Source: an archaeon (GTDB lineage: Archaea; SpSt-1190; DYHY01). From it: DNA of 19,779 bases. The notes under the pieces were generated by a model. It had not been told where the DNA came from, searched no databases, and saw nothing but the letters and a program-made list of their open reading frames with translations. The stretch spans positions 1-19,779 of the forward strand of contig JBBIPP010000016.1 in the NCBI GenBank assembly GCA_037442745.1, read 5' to 3'. Both the position numbers and the translations under genes were made by a program. This document shows, piece by piece, positions 8,372 through 17,644 of the stretch. Within the stretch, counting starts at the first letter, position 1, and each line of letters begins with the position of its first letter.

Positions 8372-8866
8372 ATGAAAAATGCGGATTTTTCGGGGAAAGG
8401 CCTGATTGTCAAGAAAAGGGACTGTCGATCGGAGCCTTTCCAGATTGAGAAAATAGAAAAGGGCCTAGTGCGCGCTGGAACGGGGTCCCTACTTGCAACA
8501 GATCTGGCAAAAGCAATCGCCGGGGAATTCTCCGGGAAAAAATATGTCGAATCGAGGGAGATAAGGGATAGCGTGATTTTCCGGCTCGGAAAAAAAGAGG
8601 CCGGTCTCGCGGACAGGTTCTCGAAATACAAGAAAATAAAGGAGAAAATATCCGAGGGCGAGCCCATTTTGAAAGAAAGGCTGTTTGTTCTCTGCGGGCA
8701 TATGGGAATACTCCGCTCAACATATGGGGGGTTTGAAATCGAGGTGATAAAGGAGACTGAGAATTCCTTTGACTATTCAGCCATTTTCATGGAAGCTGGC
8801 AACAGCAGAATGACCGTTCTGATAGAGTGCAGAAACGACATAATCCACATTATTCTCAGACAATAG
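8372..8866 (+). CDS. ATP-cone domain protein with an uncharacterised C-terminal domain
   Basis: IVKKRDCRSEPFQIEKIEKGL...VESREIRDSV..L...LADRFSKYKK matches the ATP-cone pattern (VxKRDGxxExFxxxKI...EI). Confidence 0.75.
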   Translation: MKNADFSGKGLIVKKRDCRSEPFQIEKIEKGLVRAGTGSLLATDLAKAIAGEFSGKKYVESREIRDSVIFRLGKKEAGLADRFSKYKKIKEKISEGEPILKERLFVLCGHMGILRSTYGGFEIEVIKETENSFDYSAIFMEAGNSRMTVLIECRNDIIHIILRQ

Positions 8867-8902
8867 GAAAAATTCAACCAGACCTTCAGTCCGCCCGGGG
8901 AA

Positions 8903-10102
8903 TCAGTATATCTTGACGTTCTTCTTAAAAGTCCTAACCGAATAAAGCGATTTTATTGCAATTGGAGCAAGTATTGATGTTGCAAAAGTCACTGCAATTA
9001 TTGCTGAGAAAGGCTCCTTTGAAAGTATTCCTGAGGAAACCCCGATTAGGCCGACTAGGAGAGAAATTTCCCCCAAGGGAATCATCCCCGCCCCTATTAC
9101 TGCTGATTCCTTCATCCCGAGGCGAAACAGCCTTGATGAAAAAAAGCCGGCAAGGAACTTGGTCGAGACTGAAACCGCGAACACTACAAGGAAGAGGAAG
9201 AGACCGTGGAGGGAAAACACGCTTTTCAGGTCGACTAGCACTCCCAAGGAGACGAAAAAGAGGCTCCCGAATATCATTTCCAGATATCTCGCGCCCTCCT
9301 TGTGGCCCCCTTCCTCGACTTTGTTTATTGAAAGGCCGGCAATGAACGCTCCTACAAGGGATGAGAGGCCGAACAGCTCCGCAAGAACCCCGTAGGAGAA
9401 TGCGACAAATACAGCGGCAATCATCGGGGCGTGCTCGTATTCCCTGTTGAGCATTGCCCAGTTATGAAGGCTTATCAGCCTATCAGAAATGAAGCGCTTT
9501 CCGAAAACATATGCTGAGACAAGGAATATTACCGCAAAGACCAGGCGCCCGAAAAGCGAGAGGATCGAGATGCTTCCGGCAAACGCCACCTGCTGGGAAA
9601 TTGAAAGCGCAAGGAGAGCCAGTATGTCGTCGAAAACCGTTGCCCCGAGAAAAACCTTCGCCTCCTTTCTGTCAAGCTTCCCTAGATCTGAGAAAACTTT
9701 GACAGTTATTGCAGTTCCTGTGGAAGCTATTGCTATTCCCATGAAAGTGGAGGCAATCCAGTCAAGGCCAAGGGCTCTTGAAACAAGCACGCCTGCGCCT
9801 ATTGGTATTGCCTGTCCGGTCGTTGCGACAACTATTGCCTTTGTGTCAGTAAGATCAGTCGCCTTCATCCCGAGGCCGACAGTGAAGAGGAGGAATATTG
9901 CGCCTATCAGAGCGACAGTCTGTATTGTCTCTGAATAGGAGACTATCCCCAGGAACGAAGGGCCTATAAGAGTCCCGATGAAAAGCCCCCCGAGTATTGA
10001 GGGTTGCTTGAAGCGAGCGGCAATGAAAAATCCGACAAGGGACGAGAATAAAAGGAGGCTTATCTGGAGGGCAATTCCAGATATTGCCTGGGCGTCCGTC
10101 AT
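8903..10102 (-). CDS. Cation:proton antiporter, CPA2 (KefB/NapA-like)
   Basis: Roughly 12-13 TM segments; FLLFTVGL, GATVFDDIL, VGAFIAGL and GMIPLGEISL. The start at 10102 is preferred because TTAAATA lies ~25 nt upstream; the ORF is open to 10156. Confidence 0.9.
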   Translation of the reverse strand: MTDAQAISGIALQISLLLFSSLVGFFIAARFKQPSILGGLFIGTLIGPSFLGIVSYSETIQTVALIGAIFLLFTVGLGMKATDLTDTKAIVVATTGQAIPIGAGVLVSRALGLDWIASTFMGIAIASTGTAITVKVFSDLGKLDRKEAKVFLGATVFDDILALLALSISQQVAFAGSISILSLFGRLVFAVIFLVSAYVFGKRFISDRLISLHNWAMLNREYEHAPMIAAVFVAFSYGVLAELFGLSSLVGAFIAGLSINKVEEGGHKEGARYLEMIFGSLFFVSLGVLVDLKSVFSLHGLFLFLVVFAVSVSTKFLAGFFSSRLFRLGMKESAVIGAGMIPLGEISLLVGLIGVSSGILSKEPFSAIIAVTFATSILAPIAIKSLYSVRTFKKNVKIY

Positions 10103-10237
10103 TCCCGCTTTGAGTTGCTGGTACATATTTAACTTTTTTCCGGGACCTTTTCTCATAGCGCGCCCCGGGCAAATGGAAGTCTTGGATTTGGAGCGGAAAA
10201 ATTCGGCAGGTACTGCCTGAAAAAGCTGGCTCGCTTG

Positions 10238-11605
10238 TTAACTTTCGGAAAAGGGGTCTGATGCGGATATTGACTGGTTAATCTCGCCAGCCAAGTTCTC
10301 AAGAAGAAGGGCTTTTGTTTCATCCAAAGACTTTCCCTGCCCTAGGAGCCAAGCAAGCTTCACATAAGCGACTTCCGGAAGAATGTCTTTTCCGAATACA
10401 GCTCCGGTATTCCCGAGAAGGCGAAGGTTCCGATAAGTGTAAGGATGGGTTGTCCCGTAGATTGTCTGGGTTGTTGCGACAACAACGCAACCAGAATCAA
10501 CCGCCCGCTTCACTGAAGGAATCCAGGATTTGGGCCCGTTGGAAATTACATGGCCGAGGCCTGTTCCCTCAATTACCAGCCCCTTGTACCTCTTGGAAAC
10601 GTAAAAGTCGATTATTTCTGGGGACATGTTCGGGGCGCATTTCACAAGAGCGACTTTGTCCTCGAAAACTGGGGAGGGAAAACTCACCTTAGCTTCCCTT
10701 GAAAATCCGGAGAAGCCAGGAAGAAGAGCCTCAACTTGGCCGTCCGGGAAAATCTTTGCGAAAGGCGTTTGGTTCACAGACTTGAAGGCATCCCTCCGGG
10801 AAGAGTGCATTTTCCTGGCTTTTGTCCCGAGATGTGCAAGGCAATAGTCTGTGTCGTTCGTTGTCCCGTGCATTACGAGAAAGACTCCTGAGAACCTCTC
10901 CTTTGCAATGAAATTCGCGGCAGCGAGGAGATTTATTGAGCCGTCAAAACTTCCCCGGTCGGGCGACCTCTGTGCTCCGACAACGCAGACAGGCTTCTTC
11001 GCCAAATGAAGGGCGAACGAGAGCGCCGCTGAAGTGTAGTGGAGAATGTCCGTTCCGTGCGTGACAATTACTCCCGATATCTCCGGGTCGTTCAATTGCC
11101 TGCCAACCTCTTCTGCGAGGAGAGAAAAGTGGGAAAAATCCATGTCTTCAGATGCTAAAGTGAATGGGGAAGAGACGCTCGCAATATCAACGATTTTCGA
11201 TATTTCTGGAACTGTTGAAATGACCTCTTCCGGCGTCCTGCACATGTAGACCCCTCCGGTTGCATAATCGACATGCGTTCCAATTGTCCCTCCGGTTGCA
11301 ACAAGGGCGATTTTCGGGAGCCCGAGCGCAGAGGAAGGCCTCTTGAAACTCAGGGGGATTGCTTTCCCTATCCCTATTCCGGCCCCAGTCCTCCTTATTG
11401 CGGTTATTTTCTCCGGATCCGCCGAGAAATTGTATCCGCTATTGAGCTTGATTACAATTATTCGCGCATTCCCCTCGGAAATCCGGGGCATCAGTATTCC
11501 TTTCTCAGAAGAGCCGTCGGAGAATTCTATCTCAACCTCGTTCCCTTCGGAAATCCCCGAGAGGAATTTTGATTCTATTTCTTCAGGATAGCTTGTCCGG
11601 GGCAT
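10238..11605 (-). CDS. gatD: Glu-tRNA(Gln) amidotransferase subunit D
   Basis: N-terminal GILMPR...KLNSGYN domain plus asparaginase motifs ATGGTI, THGTD, GAQRSPDRGS, RKMHSSRRDAF and EGTGLGH. Confidence 0.97.
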   Translation of the reverse strand: MPRTSYPEEIESKFLSGISEGNEVEIEFSDGSSEKGILMPRISEGNARIIVIKLNSGYNFSADPEKITAIRRTGAGIGIGKAIPLSFKRPSSALGLPKIALVATGGTIGTHVDYATGGVYMCRTPEEVISTVPEISKIVDIASVSSPFTLASEDMDFSHFSLLAEEVGRQLNDPEISGVIVTHGTDILHYTSAALSFALHLAKKPVCVVGAQRSPDRGSFDGSINLLAAANFIAKERFSGVFLVMHGTTNDTDYCLAHLGTKARKMHSSRRDAFKSVNQTPFAKIFPDGQVEALLPGFSGFSREAKVSFPSPVFEDKVALVKCAPNMSPEIIDFYVSKRYKGLVIEGTGLGHVISNGPKSWIPSVKRAVDSGCVVVATTQTIYGTTHPYTYRNLRLLGNTGAVFGKDILPEVAYVKLAWLLGQGKSLDETKALLLENLAGEINQSISASDPFSES

Positions 11606-11752
11606 TCTGCGAAGATGCCCCTGAAGTATAAAAGATTGGCGGATTTCTGGAGAGCAGGGTTACCCGGAACAAGACATTTTCAGCCAGGATTGCTTTCTTC
11701 GAAGGCGCTCCCCGGGAAAAACCTTTAAACCAAAACAAGTGACAGACATCCG
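11606..11752. promoter_or_regulatory. Divergent promoter region of gatD and gatE
   Basis: AAAAACCTTTAAAC at ~11717-11730 (BRE/TATA-like, ~25 nt before the gatE ATG). CTTTTATAC on the minus strand at ~11626-11634 (~25 nt before the gatD ATG). Confidence 0.6.
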
Positions 11753-13618
11753 ATGAAGGCCGGGCTAGAAATACACCAGCAGCTTGATCCAGGAAACCAG
11801 CTTGGCGTTACCGGACGGAAGCTTTTTTGCAGATGCCCTTGCGTCCTCAGGGAAGAGTCTCCTGACGTTGTTGTCAGGAGGTTCCTCCGGCCGGTTGCAA
11901 GCGAACTCGGGGAGCGCGACATCATAAGCGAGGCTGAAGCGAGTAAGAAAAAGACCTTCGTCTACGAGGCGTATTCGGATTCCACCTGCCTTGTCGAAAT
12001 TGACGAGGAGCCGCCGAAATCCCTCGATTCGGACGCCCTTGAGACTGCCCTCATAATTTCAAGGAGCCTGAATTGCAAAATCCTTCCGGAAATAAACACA
12101 ATGAGAAAGGCTATTATTGACGGCTCCTGCCCGTCAGGCTTTCAGAGGACTGCGCTTGTCGCAAGGGACGGCTTTGTCGAGGTTTCCGGAAAACGGATAA
12201 GAATAGAATCTGTCTGCATTGAGGAGGATGCGGGACGGATGATTGCCTCAGGGGACAATTCCGCAACTTTCCGCCTTGACCGTCTCGGAATCCCCTTGGT
12301 TGAGATAACAACCGCTCCGGACATCTCGAGCCCTGAAGAGGCGAAAGAAGTTGCCGGAAGAATCGGACTGCTACTTAGAATGACTGGGCGAGTCGGAAGA
12401 GGCCTTGGGACAATAAGGCAGGACATTAACATTTCCGCCGACGGGGGGGCGCGCGTCGAATTGAAGGGGGTCCAGAACCTCGGGGAAATTCCCCTTATTG
12501 TTGAGCGGGAGATCGCAAGGCAGGAAGCGCTCGTAAGAATGGGGGAGAAATACTGGCGGACGCTTTCAAGAGCCTCCGAAGGAAAAGTTCCCCTTTCTAC
12601 AGCGGAATTAACGGACTGCTTTTCGGGAACGGAGTGCAAGCTCCTGAAAGGAAAGCGGGTATTTGGAAAGAGCTTCCCCGGAATTGCCGGAATGCTGAAG
12701 GAACCTCTGGACGAAGGGAGGACATTTGGAAAGGAGGTCGCAGAAAAGGTCAGGGTTCTCACAAAAGCGAAAGGCTTCATACACACTGACGAGGATATTT
12801 CCAAATATGGAATATCTCAGGAGGAGATTTCAAAAGCAAAGAAAGCCCTCCTAGCAGGGGAAAACGACCTTGTCTTCATTGTAACGGGGGAATCTTCTTT
12901 CGATTTTGAGGGTCCCTTGAATGTGATAGAGGAAAGGATATTTTCGGCAGGGAAGGGAGTTCCTGGGGAGACGAGAAAAGTCAATCCGGACAATTCCTCC
13001 AGTTTCCTTCGGCCAATTTCCGGAAGCGCAAGGTTCTATCCGGAAACGGACATCTCCCCGGTAGGAACGTCAGACTTGCTCGGGAAATTGCCGGAAATCG
13101 AGACTCCGGAAGATAGGCTCTCAATGCTTAGGAACCTCGGACTCTCGGAAAACCTTGCAAAGAAAGTCCTTGTTTCAGAGAAATACTGGGTTTTCAGAAA
13201 GGCAATTGATATGGGAGTTCCCCCGGTTCTTTCAGCAACAATTGTCGAGGAAACAATTCCCTATCTTGAAAGGAAGGGCGTCCTTGAGTTCTCAAAAATT
13301 CCAGAGGGCGCGCTAAACATTTTCCTGAAACAAACTGGGGAGGGAAAAATACTGAGGGAATTGATTCCCTCCGCCCTTGAGGCAATCGGCAAGGGGGAAG
13401 GATTCGCGACCCAACTTTCCGGCGCTCCCGGTGCTGAATCAGTTTCAGCGGAAATTGAGAAGCTTGTCAAAAACAAGTCGGACTACATAAGAAAGGAAGG
13501 TCTATCAAGGGCAATGAGCGGGCTAATGGGGCTTGCAATGGAAAAGTTCAAGGGACAGGTCGCGGGAGCCGAGCTGAAATCCCTGATTGAACTGCATGCG
13601 AAGAAAATGGCTGATTGA
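11753..13618 (+). CDS. gatE: Glu-tRNA(Gln) amidotransferase subunit E
   Basis: GLEIHQQL, KLFCRCP, IDGS..SGFQRT, LDRLGIPLVEI, GLGTIRQD, ELKGVQ, GAD-type insertion (GFIHTDE) and RFYPETD. Confidence 0.97.
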   Translation: MKAGLEIHQQLDPGNQLGVTGRKLFCRCPCVLREESPDVVVRRFLRPVASELGERDIISEAEASKKKTFVYEAYSDSTCLVEIDEEPPKSLDSDALETALIISRSLNCKILPEINTMRKAIIDGSCPSGFQRTALVARDGFVEVSGKRIRIESVCIEEDAGRMIASGDNSATFRLDRLGIPLVEITTAPDISSPEEAKEVAGRIGLLLRMTGRVGRGLGTIRQDINISADGGARVELKGVQNLGEIPLIVEREIARQEALVRMGEKYWRTLSRASEGKVPLSTAELTDCFSGTECKLLKGKRVFGKSFPGIAGMLKEPLDEGRTFGKEVAEKVRVLTKAKGFIHTDEDISKYGISQEEISKAKKALLAGENDLVFIVTGESSFDFEGPLNVIEERIFSAGKGVPGETRKVNPDNSSSFLRPISGSARFYPETDISPVGTSDLLGKLPEIETPEDRLSMLRNLGLSENLAKKVLVSEKYWVFRKAIDMGVPPVLSATIVEETIPYLERKGVLEFSKIPEGALNIFLKQTGEGKILRELIPSALEAIGKGEGFATQLSGAPGAESVSAEIEKLVKNKSDYIRKEGLSRAMSGLMGLAMEKFKGQVAGAELKSLIELHAKKMAD

Positions 13619-15069
13619 CAAATTCGGAAATGGCAATTCTTGAACTTGGTTTTGAAATAATCGGGCGCGAAGGGGGCAAGTCCGTTTTCGAAAACGAGTT
13701 CTCCAAAGTCGTTGTCTCGGATTCCGGGAAAATGGAATATTCCCCGAAGGGGCTTCAAAAGCTTGATTCTGAAGATGTCTTCAGGATAGGAAAGATTGTG
13801 GAAGCATACCAAAAGCTCCCTGAAATTGTGGAGACTGGAGAGAAACGCGCAGGAGAGATAAGAGCGCTTGTGTCAAGATACGAGTCAGCTCTCGGAAAAA
13901 AGCTCCCGCCGGAAAAAAGAGAGTTGTACGAGAAAATTGTTTTCCTCTCAACGGGAGAGGGCGCAATGCCCCTAGAGCCCCTTCTGAAAGACCCTTTTAT
14001 TGAGGAAATAATGGTTAACGGGACCTCTTCTCCTATATTCATTTACCACAGGAAATTCGGGATGCTTCCGACAAGCCTCAGGTTCACCTCAAGCGAATAT
14101 CTCGTGGAAAAGGCGAACCAGCTCCTGTTTCCAATGGGAAGGAGGGTTGACAGGTCAAAGCCGTCGGCCCATGCAATCCTCCCTTCGGGCGAAAGGATTT
14201 CGGTTGAAATACCACCAATCTCAAAGGAGCCCTCAATTGCAATAAGGAAATTCTCGGAAACCCCCCTGACAATAACGGATTTGGTTGGCCTCGGAATGCT
14301 TGACTTTGATTCTGCCGCATTCCTGTCCTTGGCAATATCTGCAGGGGCATCGAATATCGGGGTAATTGGGAATACTGGCGCGGGGAAAACAACCCTTTTG
14401 AACGCCCTCCTGCGGTTCGTTCCGGAGAGGCAAAGGGTTGCTGTAGTGGAAGAAATTCCGGAGATTTCAATTCCCCACGAGAACAAAGTCTGCCTCTCGG
14501 AGGCTGAGAACCTCGGGATACGGATGGGCTTTCTTGTGCGAGAAACTCTCCGCCTAAGGCCAGACAGGATAGTGATTGGGGAAGTTAGGAGCCGGGAAGA
14601 CGCGTCAGCATTGAGGGAAGCCTGCCTCTCCGGTCCAGCATATTCCACATTCTACACATATCATGCGGATTCCCCAGAGGGCGCAGTCGAGCGGCTGAAA
14701 AGTCAGGGAATTGGGGAAAACGACCTCGGATATTTCGGACTTCTTGTTTCTTGCAGGCGGTTTGAGACGAAAAATGAGGGGCTTTTGAGGAAAGTTCTTG
14801 AAATCTCGGAAATTGACGGGAAAGGCAAGGTAAGGAAAATATTCAGGCAGTCCGGGAAGGGGAGAGGGAGCCTGAAAAAAATGGGCGCCAAGTCAAAAAC
14901 AGAGGAGCGGATTTCAAGGGAATTCCTCGGGGGGGTGCCAATCGGGCCTGAGATTGCCTCGAGAAAATCTCTCCTAAAGGGGCTCGCGAAACTCTCAGAC
15001 AGGGAATTTTTCAGGGAATTCTCCGAAAAAACTGCAGGAAAAACAGGGGGGAAATGGCGGACTGGCTGA
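13615..15069 (+). CDS. Type II/IV secretion ATPase (TadA/CpaF/VirB11 family), pilus assembly
   Basis: DPFIEEIMVNG, IAIRKF, Walker A GNTGAGKTT, Asp box VEEIPEI, Walker B LRLRPDRIVIGEVR and TYHA. The start is TTG 13615 or ATG 13630. Confidence 0.93.
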   Translation: MTNSEMAILELGFEIIGREGGKSVFENEFSKVVVSDSGKMEYSPKGLQKLDSEDVFRIGKIVEAYQKLPEIVETGEKRAGEIRALVSRYESALGKKLPPEKRELYEKIVFLSTGEGAMPLEPLLKDPFIEEIMVNGTSSPIFIYHRKFGMLPTSLRFTSSEYLVEKANQLLFPMGRRVDRSKPSAHAILPSGERISVEIPPISKEPSIAIRKFSETPLTITDLVGLGMLDFDSAAFLSLAISAGASNIGVIGNTGAGKTTLLNALLRFVPERQRVAVVEEIPEISIPHENKVCLSEAENLGIRMGFLVRETLRLRPDRIVIGEVRSREDASALREACLSGPAYSTFYTYHADSPEGAVERLKSQGIGENDLGYFGLLVSCRRFETKNEGLLRKVLEISEIDGKGKVRKIFRQSGKGRGSLKKMGAKSKTEERISREFLGGVPIGPEIASRKSLLKGLAKLSDREFFREFSEKTAGKTGGKWRTG

Positions 15070-15079
15070 GAAGGTCAAT

Positions 15080-15787
15080 TTGGCGAGACTTTCTGGAATC
15101 AAGATTGCGGAAAAGCTCTCAAAACCCCTGGTTGTTTTCTTCATTTGCTCCTCGGCCTATTTCCTGGTTTCATCCAGTCCGCTTTTTCTTCTTGGCTCCC
15201 TTCTACTTGCCCTTGCCTCAATCCGCCTCCCGTCAATTCTCGGAAAAGTTGCGGAAATCGAGTTCAGGAAAAGCGTTGAGAGGGGCCTTGGAAGCTTCCT
15301 GATGAAATACTCCCATTTCCTCGGGCTCGGCCTTAATCCCGTGAACGCACTGGAAGAGGCTTCGCGGGGAGAGGGAATGGCGGAAGAGCTTGCAAGAAGG
15401 ATGCTTGAGAGCGCGAGGAAAGGCGAAGCGCTTGAGAAGGCAATTTCCCGGATATCTGAGAGCGCGCTCTCGGAGAAAGCGGTCAGCGCATTCTCGGCAA
15501 TTTCGGCAGTTCTTGTTGATGGATACGACGGCTCGGCAAAGGTGCTTCTTGACGGGACTGCTCAGGGGTTAATCGAGGAAGAGGAGAACGCCCTTGAAAA
15601 GCATTCCGCTGACTCCCAGATAGTTTTCATCTCAATTGTTTTCCTCTCGGCAGTTGTCCCGGCAATCGCAGGAGTCCTCCTTGCGCTCTCGAAAGGGGGC
15701 TCCTCCCTTGCGCCCGCCCTCTTCCTCGGGGTTTTCCCGTTTTTGTCAGTTGCCCAATATCTCTATGTGAGGATCTCTTCCCCATGA
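15080..15787 (+). CDS. TadB/TadC-like (T2SS F domain) pilus platform membrane protein
   Basis: N-terminal TM pair; ERGLGSFL...GLNPVNALEE...GEALEKAI; two C-terminal TMs; follows the ATPase. The start is uncertain. Confidence 0.75.
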   Translation: MARLSGIKIAEKLSKPLVVFFICSSAYFLVSSSPLFLLGSLLLALASIRLPSILGKVAEIEFRKSVERGLGSFLMKYSHFLGLGLNPVNALEEASRGEGMAEELARRMLESARKGEALEKAISRISESALSEKAVSAFSAISAVLVDGYDGSAKVLLDGTAQGLIEEEENALEKHSADSQIVFISIVFLSAVVPAIAGVLLALSKGGSSLAPALFLGVFPFLSVAQYLYVRISSP

Positions 15788-16485
15788 TGCGGATTTTCAG
15801 GGAGTCTGACGAATCGAAAATAGAAAGGGAGTTAGTCGTGTTCCTTCTCAGGCTCTCCCGGATTCCAAAGGGCTCTCCTGCGCGCGCAATCCTCTCGAGA
15901 GCTGATGGGAAAACTGAAATCGGGCGGAGGCTCCGAAAGGCTGAAACCGCATATGAAAAGCATTCTGGACGAAAAAGCCTCGCGGACTGCATTCTCTCGG
16001 AGTTCTCCGAATTCTCGGGAAACAGGAGAATTTCGATTTTCGCAAGGACAATTGTCATAGGAATCGGGAACAATTTCGATGCGGGGGAGCTTGTGAGAAA
16101 AACCGCAAGGGAGCTCGAAGGCCTAAAATCAATTGAGGACAAGCGGAAAAATTCCCTGCGGATTCAGAAATACACCCTTCTTGCGTCCGCCGGCTTCTTC
16201 GTCCCGTTCATCCTCGGGACAACATCGTCAATAATATCCATTCTCTCAAAAATGTCAGGGGCGGGAGGGCTTTTCGGATTCGGCGCCTCGGCGGGCAATC
16301 CTGAGATTGTCGGGCTCTCGCTTTTCGGATACTGCCTGATTCTTCCGATAATTTCGGCAAAGGTCGCCTCAGACATCTCAGGGGGCTCGGACGGGGAGAA
16401 GGTTAATTCTTTCTGGAAATACTCGCTCGCTCTTCTCTTCGTCTCATCGGCGACTTTCCTATTGTCCCAAAAAATCCTCTCTTGA
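15784..16485 (+). CDS. TadC-like (T2SS F domain) pilus platform membrane protein
   Basis: KIERELVVFLL..., G..LADCI, RKNSLRIQKYTLL followed by three TMs. ATGA overlap with the upstream gene. Confidence 0.75.
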   Translation: MMRIFRESDESKIERELVVFLLRLSRIPKGSPARAILSRADGKTEIGRRLRKAETAYEKHSGRKSLADCILSEFSEFSGNRRISIFARTIVIGIGNNFDAGELVRKTARELEGLKSIEDKRKNSLRIQKYTLLASAGFFVPFILGTTSSIISILSKMSGAGGLFGFGASAGNPEIVGLSLFGYCLILPIISAKVASDISGGSDGEKVNSFWKYSLALLFVSSATFLLSQKILS

Positions 16486-16535
16486 ATAATCCAATTCTGC
16501 AAAAGAATTAAAAGGTTGCTTTGGAATTCCCGGGA

Positions 16536-16709
16536 ATGGCCGGAAGGAAGGGGCTTTCAACCCTTGAATGGATAATAATTGCGGCAATTGTGATAATAAT
16601 GATTGCATACGCCTTGGGCTACTGGTCCGGGATTTGGGGAACTGCTACTGGCGCTGCGGAGAGCGCTAACTCGACATTCTCCTCCGCAGTCTCGAAAGCG
16701 TTCGGCTAG
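16536..16709 (+). CDS. Small archaeal type IV/Flp-like pilin with a class III signal peptide
   Basis: MAGRKG|LSTLEWIIIAAIVII: basic leader, Gly at -1, Glu at +5, hydrophobic helix; 57 aa. AAAAGAATTAAAAG promoter-like element at 16501-16514. Confidence 0.88.
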   Translation: MAGRKGLSTLEWIIIAAIVIIMIAYALGYWSGIWGTATGAAESANSTFSSAVSKAFG

Positions 16710-16721
16710 GAAAGCTGGGAA

Positions 16722-17381
16722 ATGGTGGAGAGGGAAAAGCCTTCAGGTGAGACTTTCCTCCTCTCCGCCCTCGGGGAATTCTTCGGGCGCGAAGCTAAGA
16801 AAAAAAACATCCTGATAAGGAAGCTAGAGTCGGAGCTCCTCGTCCTGAAGAAACTCAAAGAGCTTGGGTTCAAGGCGAGCTCATTAAAAAACGTTGGCGC
16901 TAATAGGACTCCAAGCATTGTTCTTTCGAGCGGCCTGAAAATAGATGTTAAAACGAGAAATCTCGAGAGCCCGACAGGTTTGGACGACTTTTCAATAAAG
17001 AAGAACGGGGCGGGCGTTGCTGATGCGGTTGTCTGCCACTGCCCTCTCTCGGGCGCTTTCTATGTATTTTCGAGGGCGGAAGTAAAAGAGTTCTGGCTGG
17101 AAGGGGAATATTACTATTCACCAGACTGCCTCTATTTCTATCCGTGGAAAACAAAGGAGGAGGCTGAAGGCTATTGCGGGAAAACGAAAAAGGGAAGGGA
17201 GCGCTCCTGGGGACGGCTTTTCTCGAACAAGGACAGGTTCCTCGACTGGGCTAACTCAATAGTCTCTAGGGGAGAAGGGGCTTTTGAGGGATCCTGGAAA
17301 AAATTGAAAAATCTCTCGCCTGAAGGAAAGGAAAAGCCCGAGAAAAAAGAGCTAGATGTTTCAGACATTGCCGAGGTCTGA
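16722..17381 (+). CDS. Hypothetical protein with a PD-(D/E)XK nuclease-like fold
   Basis: SELLV..KL...GF...TPSIVL..GLKIDVKT...ADAVVC...FYVF pattern; Ser occupies the PD Asp position. Confidence 0.5.
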   Translation: MVEREKPSGETFLLSALGEFFGREAKKKNILIRKLESELLVLKKLKELGFKASSLKNVGANRTPSIVLSSGLKIDVKTRNLESPTGLDDFSIKKNGAGVADAVVCHCPLSGAFYVFSRAEVKEFWLEGEYYYSPDCLYFYPWKTKEEAEGYCGKTKKGRERSWGRLFSNKDRFLDWANSIVSRGEGAFEGSWKKLKNLSPEGKEKPEKKELDVSDIAEV

Positions 17382-17386
17382 GGAGT

Positions 17387-17626
17387 TCAGCGCCGGAACC
17401 TTTTCGTTTCCAGATTCCTTGCGAACGCGGAGACGTCAACCGGCTTTCTCACTTCGCCCGAGGGATATACTGTCGCAACTTCTGGCCAGTTCCCGCCCCG
17501 CTCGACCCTGACAACAATCCGCTCGTTCAGTTGTTTTGCCGCGGTCTGAGCTTCCTTTGTCGCAACCTCTTCCGAATCGAACGAAAACTCCCTTTTGTCC
17601 TTTAGGGAAAATTTGTATTGAGGCAT
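17387..17626 (-). CDS. Small hypothetical protein (79 aa)
   Basis: ATG preceded by purine-rich AGGAGGAAAAAGGAAA; protein-like composition; packs between its neighbours. Confidence 0.75.
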   Translation of the reverse strand: MPQYKFSLKDKREFSFDSEEVATKEAQTAAKQLNERIVVRVERGGNWPEVATVYPSGEVRKPVDVSAFARNLETKRFRR

Positions 17627-17644
17627 TTTCCTTTTTCCTCCTTT

